In this document: positions 37,850 to 48,409 of the stretch, in pieces
How the letters are laid out: each line of letters begins with the position of its first letter
Numbering within the stretch: position 1 is the first letter of the stretch
Source of the DNA: an uncultured Coriobacteriaceae bacterium
GTDB lineage: Bacteria; Actinomycetota; Coriobacteriia; Coriobacteriales; QAMH01
DNA: 64,000 bases
Direction: 5' to 3'
Assembly: GCA_900544245.1 (NCBI GenBank)
Contig: UQUH01000003.1
Location: 145 to 64,144, forward strand
Program-made: the position numbers and the translations under genes
Notes under the pieces: model-generated
What the model saw: the letters and a program-made list of their open reading frames with translations, nothing else
The model's database searches: none
Told to the model about the DNA's origin: nothing

Positions 37850-38524
37850 ATGACGAAAGGACGGATTGTGGACACGATACTCTTCGACATGGACGGTACC
37901 CTGCTTGACACCCTCGATGACCTGCATGCGAGCGTCAACTATGCGCTCGGGCGTGCCGAGCTTCCGCTTGTCACGTTCGATGAGACGCGCGAAGCCGCGG
38001 GATACGGCTCGATCGTGCTCATCGAGCTTCTCACCAAGCACGCCTTCGCAACGGGCTCGCCCGAGTTCCAGCGCGTCTTCGACGACTTCAACGCCCATTA
38101 CAAGGAGCATTGCAACGATCGCACGCAACCGTATCCGGGTGTTCTGGAGTTGCTCGCCGGGCTCGGGGAGCGTGGGCTCAAGATGGCGATTGTGAGCAAC
38201 AAGGTCCAGCCCGAGACGGAGGCCCTGCGCGAGCTCTGGTTCTCGGATTTCATTCCGGTTGCCGTGGGTCGCGTCGAGGGTATCGCTCCCAAGCCCGATC
38301 CGGCCATGGCTCTTGCAGCGCTCGAAAGGCTCGGTTCGCGTCCTGGGGACGCTTGGTTCGTCGGCGATTCCCAGCCCGATGTCCGCACGGGCAAGAACGC
38401 GGGTTGCACGAGTGTCGGCTGCACCTGGGGGTTTAGGGATTTCGCCACCCTCGAGGAGGAGCGCCCCGATTTCATCGTCGACAATCCGCTCGAGCTCCTC
38501 GACATCGTCGACGCGCATCGCTAG
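37850..38524 (+). CDS. HAD-IA family hydrolase (phosphoglycolate phosphatase-like)
   Basis: Motif I FDMDGTLLDT, motif II VSNK, motif III/IV GDSQPDVRTGKNAG. ATG at 37850 is preferred over 37805/37817, which places DxDGT at residues 12-16 (first Asp at 12). Confidence 0.8.
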   Translation: MTKGRIVDTILFDMDGTLLDTLDDLHASVNYALGRAELPLVTFDETREAAGYGSIVLIELLTKHAFATGSPEFQRVFDDFNAHYKEHCNDRTQPYPGVLELLAGLGERGLKMAIVSNKVQPETEALRELWFSDFIPVAVGRVEGIAPKPDPAMALAALERLGSRPGDAWFVGDSQPDVRTGKNAGCTSVGCTWGFRDFATLEEERPDFIVDNPLELLDIVDAHR

Positions 38525-38536
38525 GGAGTTTGCTCA

Positions 38537-41326
38537 ATGGGCATGACGACGGTCAACTCGCTCCATGCGTTGCTCGAGGCGAGCAATGACGCCCTGTCGC
38601 GCGCGCACGACGCGGGCATTCCCGCCGTGCTCGTCGTGCCCTCGCATTCCTGGGGTCAGCAGCGCAAACTGCAACTTTGCCGTCTTGTCCCCGTCGGCGT
38701 CGATGTCGTGACGCATCGGCAATTCGTGACCCAGCTCTGGGACGTGCATGGTGACGGCTCCATGGTGGTCGGGCCGGCGGAGCGCAGGGTGCTGCTACGT
38801 CCGCTCGTCACGCAGGTCGGTCTCTTCGATGCGTCCCCTTCTCCCGGTTTCGTCGCGCAGCTCGGCGCATTTGCCGAAGAGGCAGCTTATCCGGGACTTG
38901 CTCCCCTGCAGGGGCTTTCCGAATCCGAGTCAAGGGTCATGGAGCTCGTCTCGCTCTACGAGGCGAAGCTCGAGCATGAGGGGCTCGTCGAGCTCGCCCA
39001 GGCCGAGTACGCGCTCGCGCAAGACGGTGTTTGCCGGGGCATGCAGCTGGTCTTCGAGTCCTCCGATCTGCACAGCGCGCATACGCGCCGCTTTCTCGCC
39101 GGAATCGAACCGGGTGCGTCGGTTTCCGTCATCCGGCAGCGACTCGACGTCAATGCGGACGTCTTGCCGGAAGATGACGAGCTTCTTGCCCTGCGACGAC
39201 ATCTCTTCACGGGCAAGGGCGGTGTCCGGGCACGGGGTCACGTGCATGTGGGCGAGGCCCACGGTCTGCATGTCGTGGCTAACGTGACCACCGGTCTCGC
39301 GCGTGCCATGCACGAGGAAGACGGTGTCAAATACGCGGACATGCTCGTCTGCTGCGCGAGCGCCGCCGATGCATATCCGCGTCTGCACGACGCGCTTGCA
39401 CGCGCGGGCATTCCCTTTGCCGCACAATTTGCCGTGCCCTGTGCGCGCACGGGCCTGGGTGCCGCGTTCTCCGCACTCGAGGCGGTCGTGCGGGCAGGCG
39501 ACGACGCGCCCTTCGAGCCCTTCGTCGACGTGCTGTGCAGTCCCTATGCCGGGGTGCCCGCCCAAGATGCGCGCGCCCTGCAAATGCGCTGGCGCGAACA
39601 GGCTGGTTCGGTGCCGTACAAGAGGATGCGCGACGTGCGCGAGGGATTCGCGCAGGGCAATGCGAGTGCTGCCATCACGCGCGAACGCCTCGAGCCTCTC
39701 GCGCAGCTCATCGACGCCTCGCGTACCGAGCGCGTCAGGCTTCTTTTCGAGCATGCGCGCTCGGCGCAGCTCGACGCCGACACGCTCGTCGATGATTGCG
39801 CGGCAGCCGAGGCGCTGCTTGACTATCTCGAGCTCTGCGAACACTTCATCTGCGAGCCCGATGCCGACGAGATGGCGAATCTCCCCGTTACGCTCGAACG
39901 CTCGCATGGCAACCAGGACGAGGCCCTCCGCATCGTCGAGCCGGGCTCGCTCGGGCCCGTTCGCGCGAACGCCATCATCCTGTGCGATTTGGATGCGACG
40001 CACTATCCCATGGCCACGCAGAGCGGCCCGTTCGATACGCTCATGCGCAAGCTGGGCATCGAGCGTGCGGATACGCTTGCCCGCGACCAGCGCATCATGT
40101 TGCTCAATGTCATCGAGTCCTGTGAGAGCCGCTTTGCCTTCATGCGTGCGACACACGATGCGGGCGGCGATGAGGCATGTCCGAGCGCCCTGTTCGAGGA
40201 GCTCGTCGCCGCATATCGCAGTTCCGAAGAGGACGAGGCGGGGCTTTCCGTCCAGGCTGTTCCGCAAGCCCTCAAGCCATGGCTGCTTTCGCTGAACGAA
40301 GCCGACATCTTCTTCGCGAGCGAGGGGCCATATGATGACACCTCGATCACGCGTGGCTTGCTCACGCTGCCCATATCGAAGGAGAATTTGACATGCGACC
40401 TCAAGAACAAGCCCCTGGCGTTTTCGCCAACGGCCCTCGAGGATTATTATCGCTGCCCGTATCGTTGGTTCGCATGCCGACGCGTTGGCTACAATGGCAT
40501 GGACGTCGCGTTTGATGCGGCGGCTCAGGGCAATCTCGTCCACGCGGTCATGGAGCGCTTCTACCGCAGCCTCAAGCAAGCTGGGCATGATCGCGTGACG
40601 GAGCAGAACGTGGACGAGGCGCTTGCCATCGCCAGCAGCGCCTTCGATCAGCAGCTCGAAGATGACCAGTCGCGTGAGCGCCGAGGTCTCTACCTGCGCA
40701 CCGAATACGACTCGTGCGCATGCGAGGAGCTGCGTCGTCAGGTCTTCGATCTCGTGCGTCGAGACGCCACGTTTCTGCCGGGTTTTATTCCCCGCTACTT
40801 CGAGCTCGAGCTCGGTCGCTCCTCAGAGCAGCCTCTCGAATACGCGGGCGTTCCCGTGCGTGGCAAGGTCGATCGCATCGATGTCGACGGGGAGGGCAAA
40901 GCCGTCATCATCGACTACAAGCTTAGCGGCCTTTCTGCCGGCTATGGCTTCGGTCGCGACGACGAGCTGCCGCAGCGTATCCAGACCGACATATACGCCA
41001 CCTTGGTCGAGCGGTACTTCGCGGCACTCGGTACGCCCCTTCACGTCGTCGGCTCCGTCTATCGTTCGTATACAAAGAACGCGCTGCGCGGCGTCTATGC
41101 GCACGACATACCGTGGGGCGGCACCGAGCAGCTGCGCGAGGACTTCGATGCGCTGCCCCGCGCCGGTAGCGACGAGGAGTACGATGCGTATCTGGCGCGC
41201 GTCGAGGACGTGGTCGCATCATGTGTCGAACGCCTCCGCGCGGGCGACATCGCGCCGGCCCCGCTTTCGAGCGACGTGTGCGAATACTGCAAGGCGGTTT
41301 CGTTTTGTCCCAGGGGAGGTGCCTGA
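38537..41326 (+). CDS. addB: AddB-like helicase-nuclease subunit (PD-(D/E)XK nuclease with Fe-S Cys cluster; no Walker A seen)
   Basis: 929 aa. C-terminal RGKVDRIDV...VIIDYK nuclease motif, plus Cys in YYRCPYRW and CEYCKAVSFC. Translationally coupled to the next gene (ATGA overlap at 41324-41328, shared base 41326). Confidence 0.75.
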   Translation: MGMTTVNSLHALLEASNDALSRAHDAGIPAVLVVPSHSWGQQRKLQLCRLVPVGVDVVTHRQFVTQLWDVHGDGSMVVGPAERRVLLRPLVTQVGLFDASPSPGFVAQLGAFAEEAAYPGLAPLQGLSESESRVMELVSLYEAKLEHEGLVELAQAEYALAQDGVCRGMQLVFESSDLHSAHTRRFLAGIEPGASVSVIRQRLDVNADVLPEDDELLALRRHLFTGKGGVRARGHVHVGEAHGLHVVANVTTGLARAMHEEDGVKYADMLVCCASAADAYPRLHDALARAGIPFAAQFAVPCARTGLGAAFSALEAVVRAGDDAPFEPFVDVLCSPYAGVPAQDARALQMRWREQAGSVPYKRMRDVREGFAQGNASAAITRERLEPLAQLIDASRTERVRLLFEHARSAQLDADTLVDDCAAAEALLDYLELCEHFICEPDADEMANLPVTLERSHGNQDEALRIVEPGSLGPVRANAIILCDLDATHYPMATQSGPFDTLMRKLGIERADTLARDQRIMLLNVIESCESRFAFMRATHDAGGDEACPSALFEELVAAYRSSEEDEAGLSVQAVPQALKPWLLSLNEADIFFASEGPYDDTSITRGLLTLPISKENLTCDLKNKPLAFSPTALEDYYRCPYRWFACRRVGYNGMDVAFDAAAQGNLVHAVMERFYRSLKQAGHDRVTEQNVDEALAIASSAFDQQLEDDQSRERRGLYLRTEYDSCACEELRRQVFDLVRRDATFLPGFIPRYFELELGRSSEQPLEYAGVPVRGKVDRIDVDGEGKAVIIDYKLSGLSAGYGFGRDDELPQRIQTDIYATLVERYFAALGTPLHVVGSVYRSYTKNALRGVYAHDIPWGGTEQLREDFDALPRAGSDEEYDAYLARVEDVVASCVERLRAGDIAPAPLSSDVCEYCKAVSFCPRGGA

Positions 41327-44300
41327 TGCCTCTTACCCCTAGCCAACGAGCTGCGGTCGAAAGTGTCCACGAGCCCCTGTTCATCCAGGCCGGGGCGGGC
41401 ACGGGCAAGACCTTTACGCTCACCAAGCGCATTGCGTATGGCCTCTCGCAAGAGTCGGGACCGCTCATCGGCGATGTCGACCGGCTGCTCACCATCACGT
41501 TTACCAACAAGGCGGCGGGAGAGCTCGTCGGCCGCGTGCGCGCCGAGCTACGCGCGCAGGGGCTCGACGAGGAGTCCCTCAAGATCGATGCCGCCTGGAT
41601 CTCGACCATTCACTCGATGTGTCGCCGCATGTTGCTTTCGCATGCCTTCGACGTCGGCATCGATCCAGGTGCAAATTTGCTTACCGAGGACGAAACGCAG
41701 GCACTTTCCGCCCTCGCGCTCGATGCGTTGCTGCGGGATAACGCGAACGATGCGCGCCTCGTCATGCTTTTCGACAATCTCGGTGTCGAGAGCGCGACGA
41801 ATCTCATCAGCAGCTTATCCGAGTTGCTCATGCTCGCACCGGGCGGCGGGGATGACTTCGATTTGGGGCCAGCTCCTGCGCCGGCCCGCACTATCGCCAG
41901 TCGGGTGCAGGGGCTTCTCGCCACGTATCAGGGAGCGCTTGCCGAGCTCGACGAGCTCGGGCTTCCCGAGGGAAAGATAACGTACGCCCAGAATCGCGAT
42001 AAGGTTGCTGCGGTAAGCAAATTTGCTGCGGTGGCGGTAGCCCTCGAGACGCTGCTTGCCAGCCAAGGAGGCGCTTTCTCCTGGAGCATGCTCGCCAACG
42101 CCATCGAGGAGTGCAGGCCGCCGGGCGGAGGTAATCTCTCCGCGCCCTACAAGGGAATCTTCGGTGAATGCAAGGACGCTCTGCTCGAACTCGCGGCCGA
42201 GGCGCAGTCCGCGAGCGCGTACGAGCTTCTGCGAGTGGCGCTCGACTTCGCGGCAGAGCACCTTGATCGTCATCGTGCGCTCAAGCGGGCGCAAGGCGCA
42301 TTCGACACGAATGACCTGCTCATTGCCGCGTACAAGCTGCTCGACGAAGACGACGAGCTGGCACAGTCATATCGCGACAGCTTCGATTCCGTCATGGTCG
42401 ATGAGTTTCAGGATACTGATAACCTGCAAGTTGGCATCGTGGGCAAGATATGCGACGAGGGGCTCACGACGCTGGCCACGGTGGGCGATGCACAGCAATC
42501 GATATACGGTTTTCGCGGGGCAGACCTCGAGGTATACCAACGCATGCGCGCCATGATGCGCGAGCGTGGTTCCAACGAGGTCGAGCTCACCATTAACTAT
42601 CGCTCGCAACCCGACATCCTGCGTTTTGTCGAGGGGGTATTCTCCAAGCCGGAGTTCTTCGGCGGCGAGTTCCTCAAGGTGAGTTCGGGTCGCGAGGAGG
42701 ATTCCGGCCCATCTTGGCTCGCACCGGACGAGCCACGCGTGAAGATATTGCTTTCGGCTGGCCACAAGGCCGAAAGGGGGCAGGGGAGGACTTCGGTCGA
42801 CGCGCTGCGGCAAGCCGACGCCGTGGCGCTTGCCGACGAATTCGAGCGGTTACATGCACGGGGCGCCTCGTATGGTGACATGGCGATTCTGCTCCAGTCG
42901 ACGAAGGGCGCCAAGGCAGGTCCCTACCTGCGCGAGCTGCGCAGGCGCGGCATACCGGTCATCGTCTCGGGTGGATCCGACTTCTTCCTGCAGCCCGAGG
43001 TCTCGACGGTATCCATGTTGCTGCGCGTTCTGGCAGACCGCGACGATGACGAGGCGCTTTTCGCCTTGCTCGGCTCGGGCTTCTTCGACGCAAGTGATGA
43101 TGCGTTACTTGCCTTGTCGGTCATCAATCGCCAGTGCCTCAAGCTCCTCCCCGGCGAGTCGCGTGCCAAGCCCTCGCTCTACGACGCGCTGTGTCTATAT
43201 GTCGAGAAGGCGCAGGGTAATCTCGACAAATCGCTTACGCGCGCGTTCGATACGCTCGAGCACGCGCTTTCCGCTTCGCCAGGTACCCCCCTCGCCCAGA
43301 TCGTACGGGAGGCTATCGCGCTTTCCGGTTGGCAGGCCACGCTGGCCGCGCGTGGTATCGAGGGAGGAGCGATTTTCGCGAACATCGAGCGCATGTGCGA
43401 TCTTATCGACGACTACGAGGCGCTCAATGGCCACGCACCCTTTGCGACGAGCAGTTACTTTCGCGGTCTCGTCGATATGGCACACGAGGGCATGGCTGCG
43501 CGCGCCAAACTCGGAACACTCGTGAGCTCGGGTAGTAATGCCGTTCGCATCATGACGATTCACAGCTCCAAGGGCCTGGAGTTTCCCATTGTCGCCGTTG
43601 CGGAGTTCGAGAAGAGCGCGCGCAATACCGGCACCCAGCTCATCTCGCTTTCCGAGGAGGGCAAGCGCTACCTTGCGCTCGGCGTTACGGGGTCGAATGC
43701 CGCAGCGCGCTACCTTGCCGACGAGGACCAAGATCCCGGCTCCTTTGCCCTCGCCAGCGAGGTCGCCGAGCATCGGGCCCATGCCCATCAGCTCAAGAAG
43801 CTGCGTGATGCGCAGGAGCAGCAGCGCTTGCTCTACGTTGCGCTCACCCGCGCGCGCGACAAGCTCATTCTCGTGACGCACGATGGAGCATTCGCGTCCA
43901 AGGGCGATTTGTCCGCGGGGCTCACGGGCAGTTGTCTGCATGCGGTGTTCGGCAAGGATATCCCCGCAGGGCATGCGCAGGTCACGACAGATGCCGGGGC
44001 GCTCGTGGAGCTTGTCGTCACCGAAGTTCCCCATGGGGCACAAGACGACCAGGCAAACGACGAAGAGAGTTCGCTCGTCGTCACGCATCGCTACCCTGCC
44101 TTCGAGCCGTCGCCACGCATTTCGGCGCAGCCGCTTGCCTCGCGGCGGATCTACTCGTACTCCTCGATCGCGCATCGTGACGCACAGCGCCACGAGCTCG
44201 CCGCTCCCGCAATCGCCTTGCGCGATCGTTCCCGGGACGTCGAGACGGTCAGCCCCGTCGGATCGTCATTTCACCTCGTCGCGCAATGGCTCGCGTCGGC

Positions 44301-44766
44301 TCCGCGCGCCGATGGGCGCGGTATCGAGCGCCGTATGCTCGCCGCCGCGCATCGCTACGGGCTCGACGAGGAGCAACGTGCACGGCTTGCCAAGGCGGTT
44401 GCCGCCTGGGTCTCGTCAGAGCGCTATGCCATGGTACAAGGGTACGCACGCCGTCATGCCGAGTACGCGTTCTGCGTCGATGTCGAAGGCGTCCCGCTCG
44501 AGGGCTACATCGACCTCGCTTGCTTTGACGATGCGGGGGGCGCACTCGTCATCGACTACAAAACGGGCACGGGCGGGCAGGACGATGACTTGCATGCACG
44601 TTACGAACTGCAGGCGCAGTGCTATGCGTACGCGTTGCTCTCGGCAGGTTCCTGCGAGCATGTCGACATGGCGTTTGTGCGCCCCGAGGCGGACATGCAG
44701 GAAGTACGGTTCGCTTTCGACGCGAGTGATATTCCGGCGCTCGCGCAGCGCATCCTCGCATCATAG
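41326..44766 (+). CDS. addA: AddA-like UvrD/Rep-family helicase with C-terminal RecB-type nuclease
   Basis: ORF from 41221; ATG at 41326. Walker A AGAGTGKT, DEFQDT, and helicase motifs (YRS, TIHSSKGLEF, VALTRAR). C-terminal GYIDLA...VIDYKTG. Confidence 0.85.
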   Translation: MPLTPSQRAAVESVHEPLFIQAGAGTGKTFTLTKRIAYGLSQESGPLIGDVDRLLTITFTNKAAGELVGRVRAELRAQGLDEESLKIDAAWISTIHSMCRRMLLSHAFDVGIDPGANLLTEDETQALSALALDALLRDNANDARLVMLFDNLGVESATNLISSLSELLMLAPGGGDDFDLGPAPAPARTIASRVQGLLATYQGALAELDELGLPEGKITYAQNRDKVAAVSKFAAVAVALETLLASQGGAFSWSMLANAIEECRPPGGGNLSAPYKGIFGECKDALLELAAEAQSASAYELLRVALDFAAEHLDRHRALKRAQGAFDTNDLLIAAYKLLDEDDELAQSYRDSFDSVMVDEFQDTDNLQVGIVGKICDEGLTTLATVGDAQQSIYGFRGADLEVYQRMRAMMRERGSNEVELTINYRSQPDILRFVEGVFSKPEFFGGEFLKVSSGREEDSGPSWLAPDEPRVKILLSAGHKAERGQGRTSVDALRQADAVALADEFERLHARGASYGDMAILLQSTKGAKAGPYLRELRRRGIPVIVSGGSDFFLQPEVSTVSMLLRVLADRDDDEALFALLGSGFFDASDDALLALSVINRQCLKLLPGESRAKPSLYDALCLYVEKAQGNLDKSLTRAFDTLEHALSASPGTPLAQIVREAIALSGWQATLAARGIEGGAIFANIERMCDLIDDYEALNGHAPFATSSYFRGLVDMAHEGMAARAKLGTLVSSGSNAVRIMTIHSSKGLEFPIVAVAEFEKSARNTGTQLISLSEEGKRYLALGVTGSNAAARYLADEDQDPGSFALASEVAEHRAHAHQLKKLRDAQEQQRLLYVALTRARDKLILVTHDGAFASKGDLSAGLTGSCLHAVFGKDIPAGHAQVTTDAGALVELVVTEVPHGAQDDQANDEESSLVVTHRYPAFEPSPRISAQPLASRRIYSYSSIAHRDAQRHELAAPAIALRDRSRDVETVSPVGSSFHLVAQWLASAPRADGRGIERRMLAAAHRYGLDEEQRARLAKAVAAWVSSERYAMVQGYARRHAEYAFCVDVEGVPLEGYIDLACFDDAGGALVIDYKTGTGGQDDDLHARYELQAQCYAYALLSAGSCEHVDMAFVRPEADMQEVRFAFDASDIPALAQRILAS

Positions 44767-46005
44767 ATGCCCGTCATTCATGCCGCGGGTACCGGTATCC
44801 TTTGCCTTGAGCTTGAGCTCGCGTCCAAACTTGAGTGCGCCGTCGCCAAATCTGTCGCATACCTTGTCCGCCGCGGCGATGACATCGTTGCCTTCCCGCT
44901 CGGTACCGGCACTGGCGAACAGGTCGAGCTGCTCGTCTTGTGCGTCGAAACCCGATATGCCGACGCCGACGAGGCGCACGGCATCTCCCTCTTGCCATAT
45001 CTCGCTGACGAGCCTCTTGGCGACGGGGATGAAAATCCCCTCGTCATCGACATTGCCGGGTAGCGCCTGCTGCGCACTTCGAATGGAAAGGTCGTCATAA
45101 CGCAGCTTGAGCGTGACGGTATGCCCCGCGAGCTGCTTGCGACGCAGGCGCCGTCCGACCAGGGACCCGACGTAGTCGATGGCATCCTCTATCTCGGCAC
45201 GCGTGATGAGGTCATCTGCAAAGGTGCGCTCGTGGCTTACCGACTTGCGAATGCGCTCGGTTTCGATGAGACGCTCGTCTATTCCCAGTGCACGGTCGTG
45301 CATCGCCCGGGAGTTCACGCCAAAGATGCTCCGCAAGTCCTCGACCTTCGCATTTGCGAGGTCGCCAAGCGTCCGTATGCCCATGCTCTCGAGGCGCTTT
45401 GCGCTCTGCTTGCCGATGCCGGGCATGACGCGGACCTTCATGGGTGCGAGAAAGGCTGCCTCGCTGCCTGGATACACCACCGTCAGCCCCTTTGGCTTGT
45501 CGAGATCGGAGGCGATTTTCGCGACCGTCTTGCAGCTCGCGATGCCGATGGAGCAGGTGATGCCCAGTTCGGCGACATGCTCTTGGATGCGCGTGGCGAT
45601 GGCCACGGGGTCGTCGCCCGTGAAGCGTCCGGGCGTCACGTCGAGAAACGCCTCGTCAATCGAGACCTGCTCGAGTAGGGGAGACTCGGCGTAGAGTATG
45701 TCCATGACGGCCCGCGAAAGCTCGTGATAGCGCTCGAAGCGCGGTGTTGCCCAGATCGCGTCCGGGCACAGGCGCTCGGCCGTGGCTGATGCCATGGCGC
45801 TTCGCACGCCGTAGGACCGGGCCTCGTACGAGCAGGTCGAGACGACGCCGCGACGATCCGCCCGACCTCCGACGATGACGGGTTTGCCACGCCACGCGGG
45901 ATGGTCGAGCTGCTCGACGGAGGCGAAGAAGGCGTCCAGGTCGACGAGCAGGATTGCCTTGCCCGTCCACGTTCGATGCAATATGTCGACTTGTCCTGAA
46001 GTCAT
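44761..46005 (-). CDS. dinB: DNA polymerase IV (Y-family)
   Basis: 414 aa, LLVDLDAFFASVEQ, SIDEAFLDV, HhH GIGKQSAKRL motifs. Confidence 0.93.
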   Translation of the reverse strand: MTSGQVDILHRTWTGKAILLVDLDAFFASVEQLDHPAWRGKPVIVGGRADRRGVVSTCSYEARSYGVRSAMASATAERLCPDAIWATPRFERYHELSRAVMDILYAESPLLEQVSIDEAFLDVTPGRFTGDDPVAIATRIQEHVAELGITCSIGIASCKTVAKIASDLDKPKGLTVVYPGSEAAFLAPMKVRVMPGIGKQSAKRLESMGIRTLGDLANAKVEDLRSIFGVNSRAMHDRALGIDERLIETERIRKSVSHERTFADDLITRAEIEDAIDYVGSLVGRRLRRKQLAGHTVTLKLRYDDLSIRSAQQALPGNVDDEGIFIPVAKRLVSEIWQEGDAVRLVGVGISGFDAQDEQLDLFASAGTEREGNDVIAAADKVCDRFGDGALKFGRELKLKAKDTGTRGMNDGHL

Positions 46006-46140
46006 GCCACCATTGTACCGGGTGACTACGACAGTGTCCGAGCGGGCTGGGGGAGGTGGTTCGCCCGGCCTTCATCCCGTCCCGATTCCGTGCCCTTCAT
46101 CGGGTACAATGTATTCTCGTAAACCGAGAAAGGTGGAACG

Positions 46141-46809
46141 ATGGCGCACAAGCACAGGTTTGACTACTTCGATGCGTTCGTGCAGATCAGCAACTATGCG
46201 GTCGAGTATGCCGATGAGCTTGCCGATTACCTGATGGGACATTACGACGAGGAGAAGCGCCTGGGCTTCATCAGCCCGGATGAGGTCCTCGAGCGTTACA
46301 AGGTCCTGCACGACATCGAGGAGAGGTCCGACAGCGTCGTCCAGGAAATCACCGAAAACCTCATCGTCGAATTCATCGCGCCCATCGAGCGCGAGGATAT
46401 CCTCGAGCTCGCCGACGAGCTCGATACGGTCGTCGACGAGCTCGATGACGTGCTACAGCGCATCTACATGCATAACGTCACCGTCATCACGCCGGGAATC
46501 ATCGAGATGGTTCAGGTCGTGCAGAAGGCGACGCATGCCGTCCAGGCCGCATGCGACAAGTTCACCCATTTCAAGAAGTCCAAATCCATCAAGGACTACA
46601 TCAAGGCGATCCACGAGTACGAGGATGAAGGTGACCGCGTCTACATCGAGTCCGTGCACCGCGTCTACAAGGATGCCGAGGAGGGCAAGTTCGACCACCC
46701 GCTCTTCGCCGTCGGGCTTTACGGCGTGCTCTCGGCGCTCGAGAAGTGCTGCGATGCGTGCGAGTGCGCGGGTGACATCATGGTCACCGTGCGTCTCAAG
46801 AACTCCTAA
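46141..46809 (+). CDS. DUF47 / PhoU-like family protein
   Basis: 222 aa all-helical protein (FDYFDAF...ERSDSVVQEI...IEREDILELADELD). Resembles the Pit-accessory DUF47 family. The assignment is by resemblance only. Confidence 0.6.
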   Translation: MAHKHRFDYFDAFVQISNYAVEYADELADYLMGHYDEEKRLGFISPDEVLERYKVLHDIEERSDSVVQEITENLIVEFIAPIEREDILELADELDTVVDELDDVLQRIYMHNVTVITPGIIEMVQVVQKATHAVQAACDKFTHFKKSKSIKDYIKAIHEYEDEGDRVYIESVHRVYKDAEEGKFDHPLFAVGLYGVLSALEKCCDACECAGDIMVTVRLKNS

Positions 46810-46911
46810 ACAACGAGCATATCAATTGATGACAAATGCGCTACGGAACGGCGCAGGTAGTCGAACTGGGGTACAATGCTCCATTGTCGTGCGTCTAGGC
46901 GCATGACGTGC

Positions 46912-46996
46912 GCGGGCGTGGCGGAACTGGCAGACGCGCTGGATTTAGGTTCCAGTGGGGAGACCCGTGAAGGTTCGAGTCCTTTCGCCCGCACCA
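46912..46996 (+). tRNA. tRNA-Leu (anticodon TAG), type II with long variable arm, CCA encoded
   Basis: Cloverleaf folded by hand: acceptor GCGGGCG/CGCCCGC, anticodon stem CTGGA/TCCAG with loop TTTAGGT, variable arm TGGGGAGACCCGT, T-arm GAAGG-TTCGAGT-CCTTT, then ACCA. Confidence 0.9.
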
Positions 46997-47059
46997 TAGA
47001 CCGAAGCGCCAAGGCGCAATCGTGAGCGCCTTTTGCAGGCGAGGGATTTTGGAGGAACG

Positions 47060-48355
47060 TTGGAAGTCACCACGAGCACCCGGGAAGACGGCAAGACCCA
47101 AGTCACTGTCACCATGACCGCAGACGAGGTCAAGAAGCACATCGACAAGGCATTCAAGGAGTTCTCGAAGACGCGTATCCCGGGCTTTCGCGCGGGCAAG
47201 GCGCCGCGTAAGGTCATCGAGCAGAACTTTGGCGGTCATGATGCCGTCTACGCGCAGATCACCTCTGATCTGATCAACGACGTGGCCCCGCTGGCCATTG
47301 ACGGGCAGGACATCATCTTCATTGGCGAGCCCGCCTCCGACGACAATCCCTTCGTGGCCGATGGCGAGGACTACACCTTCTCGCTGTATGGTGACGTCAA
47401 GCCGAACGTCGAGCTCGATTCCTACGAGCCGGTCGAAATCAAGATGCCCTCCGAAGAGGCGACGCAGGAGGACGTGGACATCCAGCTCCACGCGCTGCAG
47501 GATTACTACAACGATTTCGAGACGGTCGATCGCGCCGCCAAGCAGGGTGATTTCGTGATGGTCAGGCTCGCGTCCACCGCGGACGGTGCCCCCGTCGACA
47601 GCCTCACGAACGAGAGCCGCCTGGTCGAGATCGGCGGCCCCATGATGCCGCAGGAGCTCACCGAGCAATTCGTCGGCATGAAGGCGGGTGACGAGAAGGA
47701 GTTCGACTTCACGACGGAGTTCGACACCGACCTTGCCGGAAAGACCATCCACACGACGGCCACCGTCAAGGAAGTCCGCGAGAAGGAAACGCCCGCGCTC
47801 GACGACGAGTTCGCGAAGAAGGTCGGTTTCGATAGCTATGACGAGCTCGTCGAGCAACTCAAGACCGAAATCACGAACACCAAGGCCGAGCAGCTACCGC
47901 GCCTCAAGGAAAGCCGCTGCGTGACCGAGCTCTCCCATCGCATCAAGGACGAGATTCCCGAGGCATATCTCGACTTCACGCGCGAGAACATCCTGCGCGA
48001 CTTCTTCAACAGCCTTCAGGAACAGGGCACGACGTTTGACCAGTTCCTGTCGAGTCGTGGTATCACAAGCGAGCAGTTCAGGGAGGATCTCGAGCAGCAG
48101 TCCCGCGAGGAGGCCGAGGAATGCCTCGCCCTCGACGCCCTGTTCAAGCACCTTGGCATGGAAATCACCGAAGAGGACATCGAAAAGGAATTCAGCGTAA
48201 CCAGCAATCCGGAGGCCACGCGCAAGGCGTGGGAGGACGCTGGCCGCATGTCTATCATCCGCGAGGCGATCAAGCGCCAGCGTGCCACCAAATGGCTGGT
48301 GGATAACGCCGTCGTCACCATTGACGATGACGTGGATGAGAAGGCAGAGGACTAG
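47060..48355 (+). CDS. tig: Trigger factor
   Basis: ORF from 47033 (TTG). TTG at 47060 just after GGAGGA is preferred. Ribosome-binding motif GFRAGKAPRKVIE. Followed by clpP-clpX. Confidence 0.9.
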   Translation: MEVTTSTREDGKTQVTVTMTADEVKKHIDKAFKEFSKTRIPGFRAGKAPRKVIEQNFGGHDAVYAQITSDLINDVAPLAIDGQDIIFIGEPASDDNPFVADGEDYTFSLYGDVKPNVELDSYEPVEIKMPSEEATQEDVDIQLHALQDYYNDFETVDRAAKQGDFVMVRLASTADGAPVDSLTNESRLVEIGGPMMPQELTEQFVGMKAGDEKEFDFTTEFDTDLAGKTIHTTATVKEVREKETPALDDEFAKKVGFDSYDELVEQLKTEITNTKAEQLPRLKESRCVTELSHRIKDEIPEAYLDFTRENILRDFFNSLQEQGTTFDQFLSSRGITSEQFREDLEQQSREEAEECLALDALFKHLGMEITEEDIEKEFSVTSNPEATRKAWEDAGRMSIIREAIKRQRATKWLVDNAVVTIDDDVDEKAED

Positions 48356-48409
48356 ACGAAGGTCGCAATGCCGTCATCGGGCATTCGCACGGAGTAGTTA
48401 GGAAGAACC

